A stretch of DNA of 8,025 nt from a virus (Duplodnaviria > Heunggongvirae > Uroviricota > Caudoviricetes), in IMG/VR virus record IMGVR_UViG_2737471853_000003, positions 1-8,025 of that record; one strand, written 5' to 3'. This document shows, one piece after another, positions 7,831 through 8,025 of this stretch; within the stretch, counting starts at the first letter, position 1; every line of letters starts with the position of its first letter. The notes beneath the pieces were generated by a model. It ran no database searches. It saw nothing but the letters and a program-made list of their open reading frames with translations, and was not told the DNA's origin. A program made the translations under genes and the position numbers.

Positions 7831-8025
7831 ATGACAGAAAAAGAAAAGCTGGTCGCCCGCCTGAATGAACTTGGGACCCAGCTTAACCGCGAGGTCAGTT
7901 CCAGCGGCACCATTCAGGAACTAACGATGCGTATTGCTGAGCTTGAAGAGGAGCTGGATGGAGACGCCATCTCGGTTGACGGTAAAAACGGCGTGCAGAA
8001 TGCTTCCGACAGCACCGACAGCACC
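7831..8025 (+). CDS. FI: DNA-packaging / head assembly protein FI homolog, 5' partial (first 65 codons; continues past the window end)
   Basis: Translation MTEKEKLVARLNELGTQLNREVSSSGTIQELTMRIAELEEELDGD... parallels the lambda gpFI N-terminus as recalled. GGAG lies 9 nt upstream. The frame is still open at position 8025. It is absent from the ORF track because it has no stop in the window. Confidence 0.8.
   Translation, partial: MTEKEKLVARLNELGTQLNREVSSSGTIQELTMRIAELEEELDGDAISVDGKNGVQNASDSTDST

Noticed and set aside
810-7913. Seventeen minus-strand ORFs of 60-138 aa lying inside the head and packaging genes (track entries from 810..1049 through 7722..7913)
   Set aside because: All are fully embedded antisense to strongly supported lambda homologs. 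They are shadow ORFs of the kind expected opposite long coding sequence, with no independent support.
1-8025. CRISPR array, tRNA or rRNA, IS element with terminal inverted repeats, integrase or att site
   Set aside because: I found no direct-repeat and spacer periodicity, no tRNA-like cloverleaf candidates in the intergenic space, and no transposase or integrase-like ORF. The window is almost fully occupied by the structural operon.

Overview
This window is a lambda-type phage/prophage DNA-packaging and head-morphogenesis module on the + strand, not an obviously novel system. After a cohesive-end site (cos, ~565-780) it is colinear with lambda: Nu1 (small terminase), A (large terminase), W, B (portal), C with nested Nu3, D (decoration), E (major capsid) and the start of FI. 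All homology calls are my recognition of the translated ORFs against remembered lambda proteins; no alignment or database search was run. I see no rRNA, tRNA, CRISPR array, IS element or integrase. The only part not explained by the canonical module is 1-600, upstream of cos: a 3' gene fragment, a G8 homopolymer and a small unrecognised ORF, in sequence that diverges from lambda. That cos-proximal stretch is the best candidate for accessory cargo, but nothing in the sequence tells me its function.
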